Positions 21,983 through 31,421 of a stretch of 32,000 nt of DNA are shown in pieces. Made by a program: the position numbers and the translations under genes. This DNA comes from Candidatus Saccharimonadota bacterium. Its GTDB lineage: Bacteria > Patescibacteriota > Gracilibacteria > BD1-5 > UBA6164. Under the pieces are notes generated by a model, which was given only the letters and a program-made list of their open reading frames with translations, had not been told where the DNA came from and ran no database searches. Each line of letters starts with the position of its first letter. The stretch's first letter is position 1. Where the stretch lies: positions 420,001-452,000 of the forward strand of contig OZ245922.1 of NCBI GenBank assembly GCA_965229705.1, in the 5' to 3' direction.

Positions 21983-22344
21983 ACTTTTCAAAAAATTACA
22001 ATATATATTTCTTTTAAGTATGCTTTTTTTACAAAAATTGCAATATTTTCGTAGGTTTTTCTTCGAGAATCATAGCAGAAATATATTTTTCGATATAAAA
22101 AGTTCGAAATTCTCATGAGATATGAGTTATTGCTCGTTTGGTCTGCCTAGAAGGTCATCGTTTCATGAATGATCCCATGTAGAATCCCATGTTTCAATGA
22201 TTCATGTTTCTCTGACTTTATAATATATGGTAGTTGTTACAATTGTAGCAATTAGGTTTTGTTTTTTTCTACTTTATGATGTTATCATTTCTCCCCCATC
22301 CCTTGTCAAAAAAATCACTATTTTTTTGAGGAAAAAAAGATATA

Positions 22345-23130
22345 ATGATGAAAGCTATGGAAGTAAAACTAAAAAAAGATATGCAAAAAATTGATATACA
22401 AGACTACGAAAAAAAGATCCGTTCTTTACAGAAAGAACTTGAAAAATTTCGTCCAATACCTGAAGTGCAACTGAAAAACTTACAAAACTGGTTCAACATC
22501 TGATTCACTACTCATTCAAATGCTATTGAAGGAAATAGCTATACTCTCTCTGAAGTAAAAGTCCTTATAGAAGATGGTATTACTGTATGAGGGAAAACTA
22601 TTCGTGAAACAAAAGAAACTGAAAATCTCGCTGAGATTACACAGTCACTCTGGAGCTTTTTTGAACAAGACTTTCTCCTGACAGAAAAGTTCCTCTATGA
22701 TATGCATCGAAAGCTCCTGAAAGGTATAGAAAAAAAATATATAGGAAAATATAGAGATTCTCAGGTATTCATAACTGGAAGTGAAGATATTCCACCAAGT
22801 TCAAAAGAGCTCCCAAAACTTATGCAAGAGTTTATATATTTTTGTAATAGCGAGACTTCAAAAAAAGATTGCCTAAAAAAAATCTCAGATATACATTTTC
22901 GCTTTATAAAAATACATCCATTTTTTGATGGAAACGGAAGAATATGAAGACTTCTCATGAATCTTTTTCTCGTAAAATATTGATATTTCCCTATAATTTT
23001 CCCGATAGTTACGAGAATAGAATATATTCAAAGCCTGTGAAAAGAAAAAAATTCCGAAGATTTTTATAAATATTTTCTCTGGCAAATGTATGAAAACATA
23101 AGTGACTATTTACGATTTTTCCAAGACTAA
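22345..23130 (+). CDS. fic: Fic-domain protein (AMPylase-type), class II with N-terminal inhibitory motif
   Basis: ATG 22345 to TAA 23128-23130 (261 aa). Fic motif HPFFDGNGRI-G(TGA 22945-22947)-RLLMN at 22915-22950. The [S/T]xxxE[G/N] inhibitory motif SNAIEG lies at 22516-22533. Confidence 0.9.
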
Positions 23131-23167
23131 AATATGGATATATATCTTAAATTTGCAGAAAAATATA

Positions 23168-23752
23168 ATGATTACTCTCTCTGATCTTTCAAAAAAAGTT
23201 CTTTCAAAGCAGCAACAAGAACTTCTCTTCACTATACTCTTCCTCATAGCCTTCTACAGCTTTCTTTTTGTGAGCCAAATAGCATCTGGAGTTATTGCAT
23301 TATTTCTTTTTGTTATGGTCTATGTATACCTCAAGAAATACCATCAACCCAACGAACTCTCTGTGCTCTTATGAAGTATCATATTTTCAAGTATCCTCAT
23401 CGTAATTCTCAAATCTCTTGCCTTGAGTGATAGTGAGATCATGAACTCAAGGCTCAGTAATATCTTTGAGCATATAAACCTGATGTTTGCTCTCGGGATT
23501 ATGAGCTATAGTCTCTCAAAACCTTTTATAGAACACAAAACTATTCTCAGCGTATTTTGTGTATTTTTCTCTTTTACGATAAGCGTCGTTTTAGAAATCA
23601 TGCAATATATCTATAGAGATTATTTCTGACTTATCACAAACAAAGTGTATGGCATTTACCATGACAGTATGATAGATTTATGAGTCAATTTTATTAGTGC
23701 TTGGATAATCTGTTTCTGTCTTGTATCAATACTGAAAAAAGAAAAGAAGTAA
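23168..23752 (+). CDS. Multi-pass membrane protein, possibly VanZ-like
   Basis: ATG 23168 to TAA 23750-23752 (194 aa). Track fragments 23102-23374 and 23423-23629 are in phase. There are 4-5 hydrophobic helices. LEIMQYIYRDYF...DSMIDLGVNFISAWI loosely resembles the VanZ family. Confidence 0.55.
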
Positions 23753-23821
23753 AGAGGTACATTAGAAAAAAATAGGTGGCTAAAAGAGGAAGTATTTGGC
23801 ATTATAGAGCTGAATACTTTT

Positions 23822-24226
23822 TTACTTCTTTTTTTCGTCTCACAGTGAAAGATGATGAAAAAACTCTTTTGCCCGAGAAAGAAGGTTTTGTGAGTACTTG
23901 CGAAGTTTTTTTGTTCCCTTTTTGTACTCTTCTCATTCTTGCACTTCTGCAATGACTTTCTGAGCTTGGCTGATATATTTTTGAGATCACTGTATAAAAG
24001 CAGCCTTTTTTTTCGAAAATGATTTTTGTTGTTCTGGAGATAAAAGATATTTTTCTATATCAGAAAAAAGGCTTTTATGAGTCTGGATAAATGTTTCAAA
24101 AGCAGCAGAAATATCTCTATCTTTTTGTCATTTTTTTTCTCACTTTTTTTTCTCTGAATACAAAGATGCTATCACATTTCCGGCAAGATATCACGCTGTG
24201 AGAAAAAGTATTTTTTTTCAAAACAT
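23822..24226 (-). CDS. Small membrane-anchored Lys-rich helical protein (YtxH-like?)
   Basis: ATG 24226 to TAA 23822-23824 (134 aa) with 7 read-through TGA. N-terminal GKKILFLTAGYLAGNVIASLY is followed by charged helices. The frame is closed by TAG just upstream of the ATG. Confidence 0.45.
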
Positions 24227-24456
24227 AAGCTCCTCGATGAAAAAATAAAAAGTACAGCTTCACTCCTATGAAGAGGAGCATTTTTCTGATATGATGTAAG
24301 TATATTATTTTCTTCATGCAAGTCCACGCAATTTTTTAACATGAAAAAATATTCAAGCTTTACAGAGAAAATAATTCCCCTAAAATTTTTTATCGTTATC
24401 CTTTTTTTGAAAAAAATCAGAAAAAAGCATAACATTTTAACACAAACACAGACTCT

Positions 24457-27045
24457 ATGGTATACAACAACTTTTCCGACGGATACAAAAAAACCCTCAT
24501 AAACGCTGAAAATAATGCGAGAAAACTCTGACTCAAAGATCTCCGACCAGAAGACATATTCCTCGAACTATTAGAAAATGCTGACGGCAGCATACTCGAG
24601 GTTCTCACGCTATACGGTATTGATAAAAAACTGGCTCTCGAAATCATCAATAAAGGAAACCTCAATGATCCCTTCTCAAAAAGAAAATGAGTTTATAGTG
24701 GTATGAACCAAAAGTGTAAAGATATCATTCTTGGAAGCGTAAAACTTGCAGCATCTCACTCAAAACCACGAGCTACCCTTGAAGACCTCCTCATGTCTCT
24801 GCTTGTATGAGATACATGGCTACCGAGTTTTTTGGAGTATATCGGTATTAACCCCAGCGACCTTGAAACAAATCTCTGAGACCTCTTTCGCCTTGGAACA
24901 CAAGATGGTACATGAAATACTGCCAACTCTCAAGTATCATCTGAATGAAACACTAGCAGTGATGACTCTATCGAAAAACTCTTTGGAACACTCGCAGAAA
25001 ATATATTCTCGAGTATTCAGTCAATGGCATGATGATGAGAAATGGAGACTCCTTTTGATGCAAATACAAAACAAGGAAAAAAAGAAGACTCTACAACTCC
25101 TGCACTTGATTTTTTTTCAACAGATCTTACTGCAGAAGCCCGAGAAGGAAAAATCGACAATATCATCGGAAGACAGTGAGAAATAGAGAGACTCATCGGA
25201 ATCCTCAATAGAAAGACAAAAAACAACCCCTGCCTCGTATGAGAAGCCGGAGTAGGAAAAACGGCAATAGTAGAAGGGCTTGCCCTCAGGATCGCAAAAG
25301 GAGATGTTCCATTTTCGATGAAAGATAAGAGGATTCTCTCTTTAGATATGTCGTCTCTTGTTGCAGGAACAAAGTTTCGAGGCGAGTTTGAGTCTCGTAT
25401 TAAACAAATTATTGAAGAAGCTAGTAAGGTAGAAAATGAAGTTCTCCTCTTCATTGATGAGATACATACCATCATCTGAGCTGGAAGTGGGGAGGGATCT
25501 CTTGATGCTTCAAATATACTCAAACCTGCTATGGGTCGTGGAAAAATACGCGTTATAGGAGCAACAACTCTCAATGAATATCAAAAATATGTAGAAAAAG
25601 ATCCTGCTCTTGAAAGACGCTTTCAAAAGATTGTTGCTGCAGAACCAAGTAGAGAAATAGCGCGAGATATTATTTCTGGCCTCAAAGAGGTATTTGAAGA
25701 ATATCATAACCTCAATATTTCTAGCGCGGCTATAAACGAAGCTGTTGATCTCTCTATCAGATATATCACTGATAGACAACTTCCTGACAAAGCCATAGAC
25801 CTCATAGATGAGGCCTGTAGTCTTAAATCTATGAAATATAATGTTGATGAAGAAGAAATAAAAAAAATACGCGAAAAAATGGCGAAAAATCAAAAAAAGA
25901 TAGAGTCAGCAGTTATGTCAGAACAGTATAAAAAAGCCGTCGCTCTCAAAGATATTCAAAGCGCTTATGAGAAAGAGATTCAAACAATTAAGCAAAAATT
26001 CTCTATTCCAAAAAATGAGCGTTTTTGGGTTCAGGCCGAAGATATTCATAAAGTTCTTTCTATTACGACAGGTATTCCTGTGGCAAATCTCTCTAAAAAA
26101 GAGATAGATCGACTCAAGAGACTTCCTCGCCATATGAAAAAAAATATCATCGGACAAGACCCTGCGATAGAAGCTATTTGTAAATCTATCATCAGAAACA
26201 AAACTGGTATCGGAGAACCAAATAGGCCTCTTGGAAGTTTTCTCTTTCTTGGTCCAACAGGGGTAGGAAAAACCGAAATAGTAAAAGTTCTTGCTCGAGA
26301 GTATTATGGTGATGAGGATGCGCTTATTAAAATAGATATGTCAGAGTATTCTGATAAAACTTCTGCCAATAAGCTCATTGGTGCAAGTGCTGGATATGTG
26401 TGATATGAAGAGGGATGAGTTTTGACAGAAAAAGTACGAAAAAAGCCTTACTCTATTATTCTTTTCGACGAGATAGAAAAGTGAGATGTAGAGATATATA
26501 ATCTTTTGTTACAAATCCTTGAGGAGTGAGTTCTCACAGACAATAAATGAAGAAAGGTAAATTTTAAAAATACGGTAATTGTTATGACATCAAATATTGG
26601 GCAGGAAGAGTTTGGTGAACGAGCTGCGCAAATAGGTTTCAATATTTCAGACAGTGATGAAGAAAAAGTAATGAATGACTATGAAAAAGCGCAAGACAGA
26701 GTAAAGTGATCATTGACAGAGTACTTTTCTCCAGAGTTTGTAAACAGAATAGATAAGGTAATCGTGTTCAATCCTCTTGATAGAACCGCTATTAAAAAAA
26801 TTATTCGTCTGCAACTGGAAAAATTTGAGTCTCGGCTGGTAAACCAAGATATGCATATAGATTATGATAATAAGGTGATAAATGCTATTGCAAAAGAGGT
26901 ATACAATCCTGAGTTTGGAGCAAGAGAGATTCGTCGTTTTATTACCAATATGATTGAGGATCAGATTGCTGAGATGATTCTCAAAGACGCAGCGAAAAGG
27001 CATTTTGAACTATTTTCAGGGAAGAAAGGAATCGAAGTGAGGTAG
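24457..27045 (+). CDS. clpC: ATP-dependent Clp protease ATP-binding subunit, ClpC-type (862 aa)
   Basis: ATG 24457 to TAG 27043-27045. Two Clp_N repeats; Walker A1 G(TGA 25240-25242)-EAGVGKT; [13 protein letters not shown]; a short middle domain with a UVR-like motif ([13 protein letters not shown]); Walker A2 GPTGVGKTE; GYV-G(26401)-YEEG-G(26416); LFDEIEK; NTVIVMTSN; GAREIRR. Confidence 0.95.
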
Positions 27046-27046
27046 C

Positions 27047-27071
27047 AAAACAGCCCCAAAGGGGCTGTTTT
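27047..27071. terminator. Bidirectional hairpin terminator shared by clpC and the minus-strand cassette
   Basis: 11-bp stem AAAACAGCCCC / GGGGCTGTTTT with loop AAA. It starts 2 nt after the clpC TAG and lies 22 nt beyond the TGA of ORF 27093-27299. Confidence 0.8.
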
Positions 27072-27092
27072 ATTATAAAAGATAAGAGAGAT

Positions 27093-27299
27093 TCAAGATT
27101 TTGGCTTGAGCTCCCTAGCAATGTTATCAATAGTTATGGTAATTCTTTTTTCGCCTATACCATGATAACATTTTTGGCAGATTGGAAGGCTAACTTGCAC
27201 GTCAGCCTCCTTGTTCTTTCTCCCCTCAAATGGAGGGTTGGGATGATAAGCGAAGGGGCTTCCGACCCCTATTCCCTCCAAGCATTGAATGCAATTCAT
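27093..27299 (-). CDS. Small CxxC...CxxC (zinc-ribbon-like) protein, 68 aa if TGA 27093-27095 terminates; would extend to TAA 26862-26864 under table 25
   Basis: ATG 27299 is preceded by GGGGAG (27306-27311) with a 6-nt spacer. The peptide is MNCIQC...PICQKCYH. All 6 Gly are GGN codons. G/C-ending codons (aag, gag, gac, gtg, ccc, ggg) are unlike the neighbouring genes. The TGA is followed by the hairpin terminator. Confidence 0.4.
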   Translation of the reverse strand: MNCIQCLEGIGVGSPFAYHPNPPFEGRKNKEADVQVSLPICQKCYHGIGEKRITITIDNIARELKPKS

Positions 27300-27305
27300 T
27301 TTTAT

Positions 27306-27311
27306 CTCCCC
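27306..27311 (-). promoter_or_regulatory. Shine-Dalgarno-like site for ORF 27093-27299
   Basis: The minus strand reads AGGGGAGATAAAAATG; GGAG sits 6 nt before the ATG. Confidence 0.45.
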
Positions 27312-27314
27312 TAG

Positions 27315-27569
27315 TTAAATGCTTACTAATGTACTAATGAGTATTATAGTCAAAAGGAATTTTTTTATTCCTCTGTAATGAAATGCTATCGGAATAGCCA
27401 TTTCGACCCACGTTCTATCCTCTTCCTTAGGTTTGATACCTAATCCTCTTTGAATCAGGGTTAAAGCTCCCGTATCTCCTGGCTCATCTTCAGAATATTT
27501 TTGAAATAACACATCTTGCACCCAGATTACAATTATAAAAAGCTGGAAAAAGAAAACTACATAAAACAT
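27315..27569 (-). CDS. Small membrane protein, 84 aa (two hydrophobic segments flanking an acidic loop)
   Basis: ATG 27569 to TAA 27315-27317, preceded by AAGGAG (27577-27582) with a 7-nt spacer. There is no TGA in the ORF and all 5 Gly are GGN. N-terminal MFYVVFFFQLFIIVIWV and C-terminal FLLTIILISTLVSI are hydrophobic. Confidence 0.45.
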   Translation of the reverse strand: MFYVVFFFQLFIIVIWVQDVLFQKYSEDEPGDTGALTLIQRGLGIKPKEEDRTWVEMAIPIAFHYRGIKKFLLTIILISTLVSI

Positions 27570-27576
27570 ACAATTT

Positions 27577-27582
27577 CTCCTT
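27577..27582 (-). promoter_or_regulatory. Shine-Dalgarno-like site for ORF 27315-27569
   Basis: The minus strand reads AATAAGGAGAAATTGTATG, a canonical AAGGAG with a 7-nt spacer. Confidence 0.5.
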
Positions 27583-27657
27583 ATTATTCTGTTTCTGTTT
27601 TTGATCCCCACGCAAGATCACCTTTATTGCGTAGGAATCTTGGTTAAAGACACCCTT

Positions 27658-27684
27658 ATTATGATAATTTAAAAAAATAGTCAA
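27658..27684 (-). promoter_or_regulatory. Putative sigma70-type promoter of the minus-strand cassette
   Basis: The minus strand reads TTGACT (27679-27684), a 15-nt spacer, then CATAAT (27658-27663). The roughly 90-nt leader contains a 9-bp stem (27607-27615 / 27627-27635, one G-U pair on the minus-strand RNA). The spacer is shorter than optimal. Confidence 0.3.
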
Positions 27685-27763
27685 ATATCTTTTTCTGAAA
27701 ATGCGTGAAAAAATCGTATTTTTTCCTATAGTAAGGGAAAGAAAACTCTTTTTATAAAAAAGT

Positions 27764-29377
27764 ATGGTCAGTCTCAAAAAAATATTTCTCTTACTCTTGT
27801 GTATCTTGTCTCTTTTGCAGAGCCATAACAGCTTTGCTATACTATGAGAAGATCTCGGACTTGATCTGTATAAACAAATAGACTCAGGAATAAAAGACCT
27901 CCAAATACAACAATATCAATATGAACTCTCAGGACAATGACAGACAAATATACAAAATGTCCTCACTCCAATATTTGAAAGAGAATGAATCAACTGTGAT
28001 ATACGCTCTAGCTCAGACATAGAAAACTTTCTCGGAAATACCGCAGAAGATCAGGTGGCATACATTTTTGAAAAATGCTGATTTTCTGATGAAAACCCTG
28101 CTCCCACAGAACTCATATCAAAAGTAGTCTCTATCAGCACATACATCAAAAATACCTACTGACAAAAAGCCCAAGCAAAGACAGACGCCCTCTACAATGT
28201 TGCACGAACAGGAATATACAATGATGGAAATAGGGAAAATTCACCTTTTGATCTCATCGTTGATCTACAAGATATTGACAGTATCATCTTCTCCGAAGAG
28301 ATTCCTTATGAATGAATAGAGTATCCACTCTCAAACCAAGCTCTCCAAAATTTTATTGATGACAATATCAATGATCCTCTTACAGGAATTATCACTGATA
28401 TAGCTCTATGAAATAGCGATGAAGCAGCTGCTCAATACGCACAAAATATGGAAAGTTCTTTTGAGACATTTTTCCCAGCAAATTCACTATCACATAACTA
28501 TGTCTGTACAACTGATGATAATATTGCCAGTTTTTCTGTATCTGATGTTGAGCAAGCTCGCCCATCAACAAGTAGCAATTCTTCTCAAGTATGGATGTAT
28601 TCTCAAGAAACTGCTAGTAGCGGTGCAAGCTGGTGATGACCATTTCCATGACAAACACGTAGCGTCACATATAACGCCTATACTGACGAGTGGGGTTGTA
28701 AGGCTGGAACATTTTTTTGTATTGTTATAGCGTTTGAAGACGATAACTATGGTATGAACTCCTCTGATACTTTTAGTGTAGAATGAGTAATCACCCGAGC
28801 ATGAAAACATCTTGAAAAAGCCGCAAACACTTCCCTCACGCAGAAAAAAATGACCACTAATAACTTTGAGCTTGGTGCTATTATAAGCGATCTTCCATGA
28901 ACTCTTAGAGGTTTTTGACTTGAGGTAACGACTCAGCCTGTTCCCATACTTGAGGTGCAAAACTCAAAAAAATCTCAAGTGAATGGAGATATGTATCAGA
29001 TAGAAAATCTTCTATACACCTACTATAAAAATAATGGTCTCGACTATAAAAGAGCAAATGATTTACGAATATTTTGAAGTATCAGTGGAATAGCCCCAAG
29101 TGAGCAGGAAGAAAAGATCTTTCAGACAAGTGAATGAATGCCTCTCAATTATGTAGAACAAAGAAGAAATAATCTCAAAAAATTTATGTCAGCCCTCGAA
29201 GAAAATAACAGACTCGTATCAGAATCTGTAGAAAAACAAATTATCCATGATGATATGAAAAAATTCAATAAAAGCTTTTCTGAACTAGAACAGTTTGTCA
29301 AAAATATTGAAGACTTTGTAAAGTCAGTAGCATGAACTGTAGAAGTTTTGGAAAAAATACCTACTCGCTCCAGCTAA
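27764..29377 (+). CDS. Secreted orphan protein S1 (537 aa)
   Basis: ATG 27764 to TAA 29375-29377. Track fragments 28448-28636 and 29138-29335 are in phase. Signal peptide MVSLKKIFLLLLCILSLLQSHNSFA; several cysteines; helical charged C-terminus. No family recognised. Confidence 0.7.
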
Positions 29378-29379
29378 AT

Positions 29380-30657
29380 ATGATAAAATATATTCTTACA
29401 TTTTTGATAGTCCTGTGAAGCTCTAGCATCGTGTATAGCGCTGATGAATGTAGCGCAAGTTGCCCAATAGTAGATACTCCAGCTATTGCTCTCACAGAAT
29501 ACTTTACCAATATGGATGAGCTTATCAGAAGTGTATCTGGAACTATCAGAGCTGAAAAAACACAACAGTGAGATACCGCAATAGAAAAAGATATCTATAA
29601 AACTCGATCGAAGATCATGACAAGTTTGAGTCAAGCACTCAGCTTTGAGGAGTATTATGGAAGTTTTGATTTTCATATCGCACTTCCCATGACTCAAACT
29701 ATTCCAAAACCTATAAAAAGGGATTATAATACCATACGATCCTACACTCAGCGACTCACGCAAATGCTCGAGATATACGAAAGAAGAGGTGCAGGATGAA
29801 ACACTCTTCCAGATATATGTGCACGACTCTCTTACTGTGAATTTCCAGAAGATATAAGCGTGAGGGATCTCCTCACGCAAGCCATCAATAACAATACTCA
29901 AGTACTCCTCTTATTCACGCAGTCTGTCTCTGGAAAAGATACCAGTAATATACAACTTACACTTGTGAGTCCTGATTTCACATCACAAATACTCCAGTAT
30001 TATAATTCTCAATCTCTCTACGAGTGTAGTCAGTGTCAATGAGAAGTAGTAGCTGATTTTCGTGAACAAATATCCAATATCACTATCAAAACAAAAAATT
30101 ACCAAGACGGAATCCAAATCTGGAAAGATGCCTGGAACTTACTCACAGGAAAAGACCCTCAATGACAAAAAAGAAGTGAAGAAGACAGAGTCCTCAAAGA
30201 GTATCTTTCATCGCAAAACATCAACTCAGGACAAGGAGATATTGTAGTAGAAAATCTCAAGAGGTATGAAAGTTCATGAATATCAAGCTCTGATCCCCTC
30301 ATGAACTCAGAGAGGTATTTACAAGATGCAACTCAAAGAGAAGAAAATACCTTTCAGCAGACACTTGCGGAAAAGTTTAAAAATCAAGAGAGAGTTTCTA
30401 TCACAGATATTGTGAAAGCAAATAAGCAAATATCAAATACCGCTGATATAGAAAAGAGTATTAATACGCTTTTTGAAGAACAAAAACCTTTTGCTTTTAC
30501 TCAAGATGTTGCGACCCAGCAAGTACAGTCTCGCCTCATAAATATGCACTACTCACTTACAAGGTCTATCAATATATTGGAAAACATTTCTCAAAGAGCT
30601 TCCAAAGTATGTGACCGACAATGAACGGGTCTCGGAAAATGTAACTATAGTAGATAA
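29380..30657 (+). CDS. Secreted orphan protein S2 (425 aa)
   Basis: ATG 29380 (2 nt after the S1 stop) to TAA 30655-30657. Track fragments 29617-29799, 29860-30042 and 30301-30624 are in phase. Signal peptide MIKYILTFLIVLGSSSIVYS. Paired cysteines: CSASC, CARLSYC, CSQC, CDRQGTGLGKC. Confidence 0.7.
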
Positions 30658-30668
30658 CTTTTCAAAAA

Positions 30669-31412
30669 ATGCTCACAAAGAAACAACAAGAAATCCTCAG
30701 AAAAAATGGAAAGATTCATAAAAAAATATTTGCAGCTATCAAAGATATGCTTGCCGTATGAGTGAGCGCAAAAGAGGTAGACCAACTCGCTCTCAGGATG
30801 TGCCGCGATAGCTGAGTCGTTTCTGCTTTTACCTGAGTATATGGCTATAAATATACTCTTCAAACGAGCGTAAACAGTGTTGTTGTGCATGGAAGACCTC
30901 TGTCGTCTATCATATTTCAAGAAGGTGATGTAGTAACAATAGATTTTTGAGTCAAAGATAAGGAGTATGGGATTTGTACTGATGCTGCATTTACGACTAT
31001 TATCTGAGACGCTGATACATTTCCGGAAAAAAAAGAATTTCTACGAGTATGAGAAAAAGCTCTGAAAAAAGCTCTTGCAAAAGCAACCGCAGGAAATACT
31101 ACCTGAGACATAGGGCATGCTATAGAAAAATATGTCGAAAAACATGACTATCATATTATTCGAGATCTTACCGGACATGGGGTTGGAAAGAGCTTGCATG
31201 AACAGCCATATATTTATAACTACGGAACTCCTGGTCAGTGACCAGAACTCAAAGCGTGAATGGCACTTGCAATAGAACCTATCATCGGGTATTCTTGTGG
31301 TAAAATCACTGATGAGTGAAACTGGGAAATATATGTTGCTGATGGGAGTCTTGGTTGCCAGTTTGAGCATACGATTTTGGTAACTGAGGGAGAAGCTGAA
31401 ATTATTGTGTAA
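30669..31412 (+). CDS. map: Methionine aminopeptidase, type I
   Basis: ATG 30669 to TAA 31410-31412 (247 aa). Motifs: VVHG, metal ligands in DFGVKDKEYGICTDAAFT, GHGVG, LAIEP, FEHTILVT. Confidence 0.93.
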
Positions 31413-31421
31413 CAATATAAA

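Noticed and set aside
23134-23184. A short ATG-initiated ORF (MDIYLKFAEKYNDYSL) right after fic, and the track's longer 23102 start for the membrane protein.
   Set aside because: The short ORF is only 16 codons. The 23102 start would overlap the fic 3' end. ATG 23168 gives a sensible N-terminus directly preceding the first TM helix.
24227-24456. Search for CtsR (GGTCAAA repeats) or CIRCE (TTAGCACTC-N9-GAGTGCTAA) operators upstream of clpC. A 7-bp inverted repeat GCTCCTC...GAGGAGC is present at 24229-24279.
   Set aside because: Neither consensus is present. The inverted repeat has a 37-nt loop and is too weak to call a regulatory element.
25017-25574. A 185-aa minus-strand ORF.
   Set aside because: It is exactly antisense to the first AAA domain of clpC, with an R/S/P-rich antisense-type composition.
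27232-27279. Nested GC-rich hairpin (GGAGGG...GGGG-CTTCCGA-CCCC...CCCTCC), considered as a possible small structured RNA.
   Set aside because: It lies wholly inside the 68-aa ORF (GVGSPFAYHPNPPFEG). No flanking features of a known RNA family (tRNA, tmRNA, RNase P, SRP, riboswitch) were recognisable. I kept it only as part of the cassette anomaly.
29374-29901. A 175-aa minus-strand ORF. The same applies to 31041-31514 (157 aa), 15290-15778 (162 aa), 4484-4882 (plus strand, 132 aa) and 5209-5526 (105 aa).
   Set aside because: Each is antisense to a well-supported gene (S2, map, LCP, the acidic protein and ybaB respectively). Each shows a skewed S/F/C/I composition.
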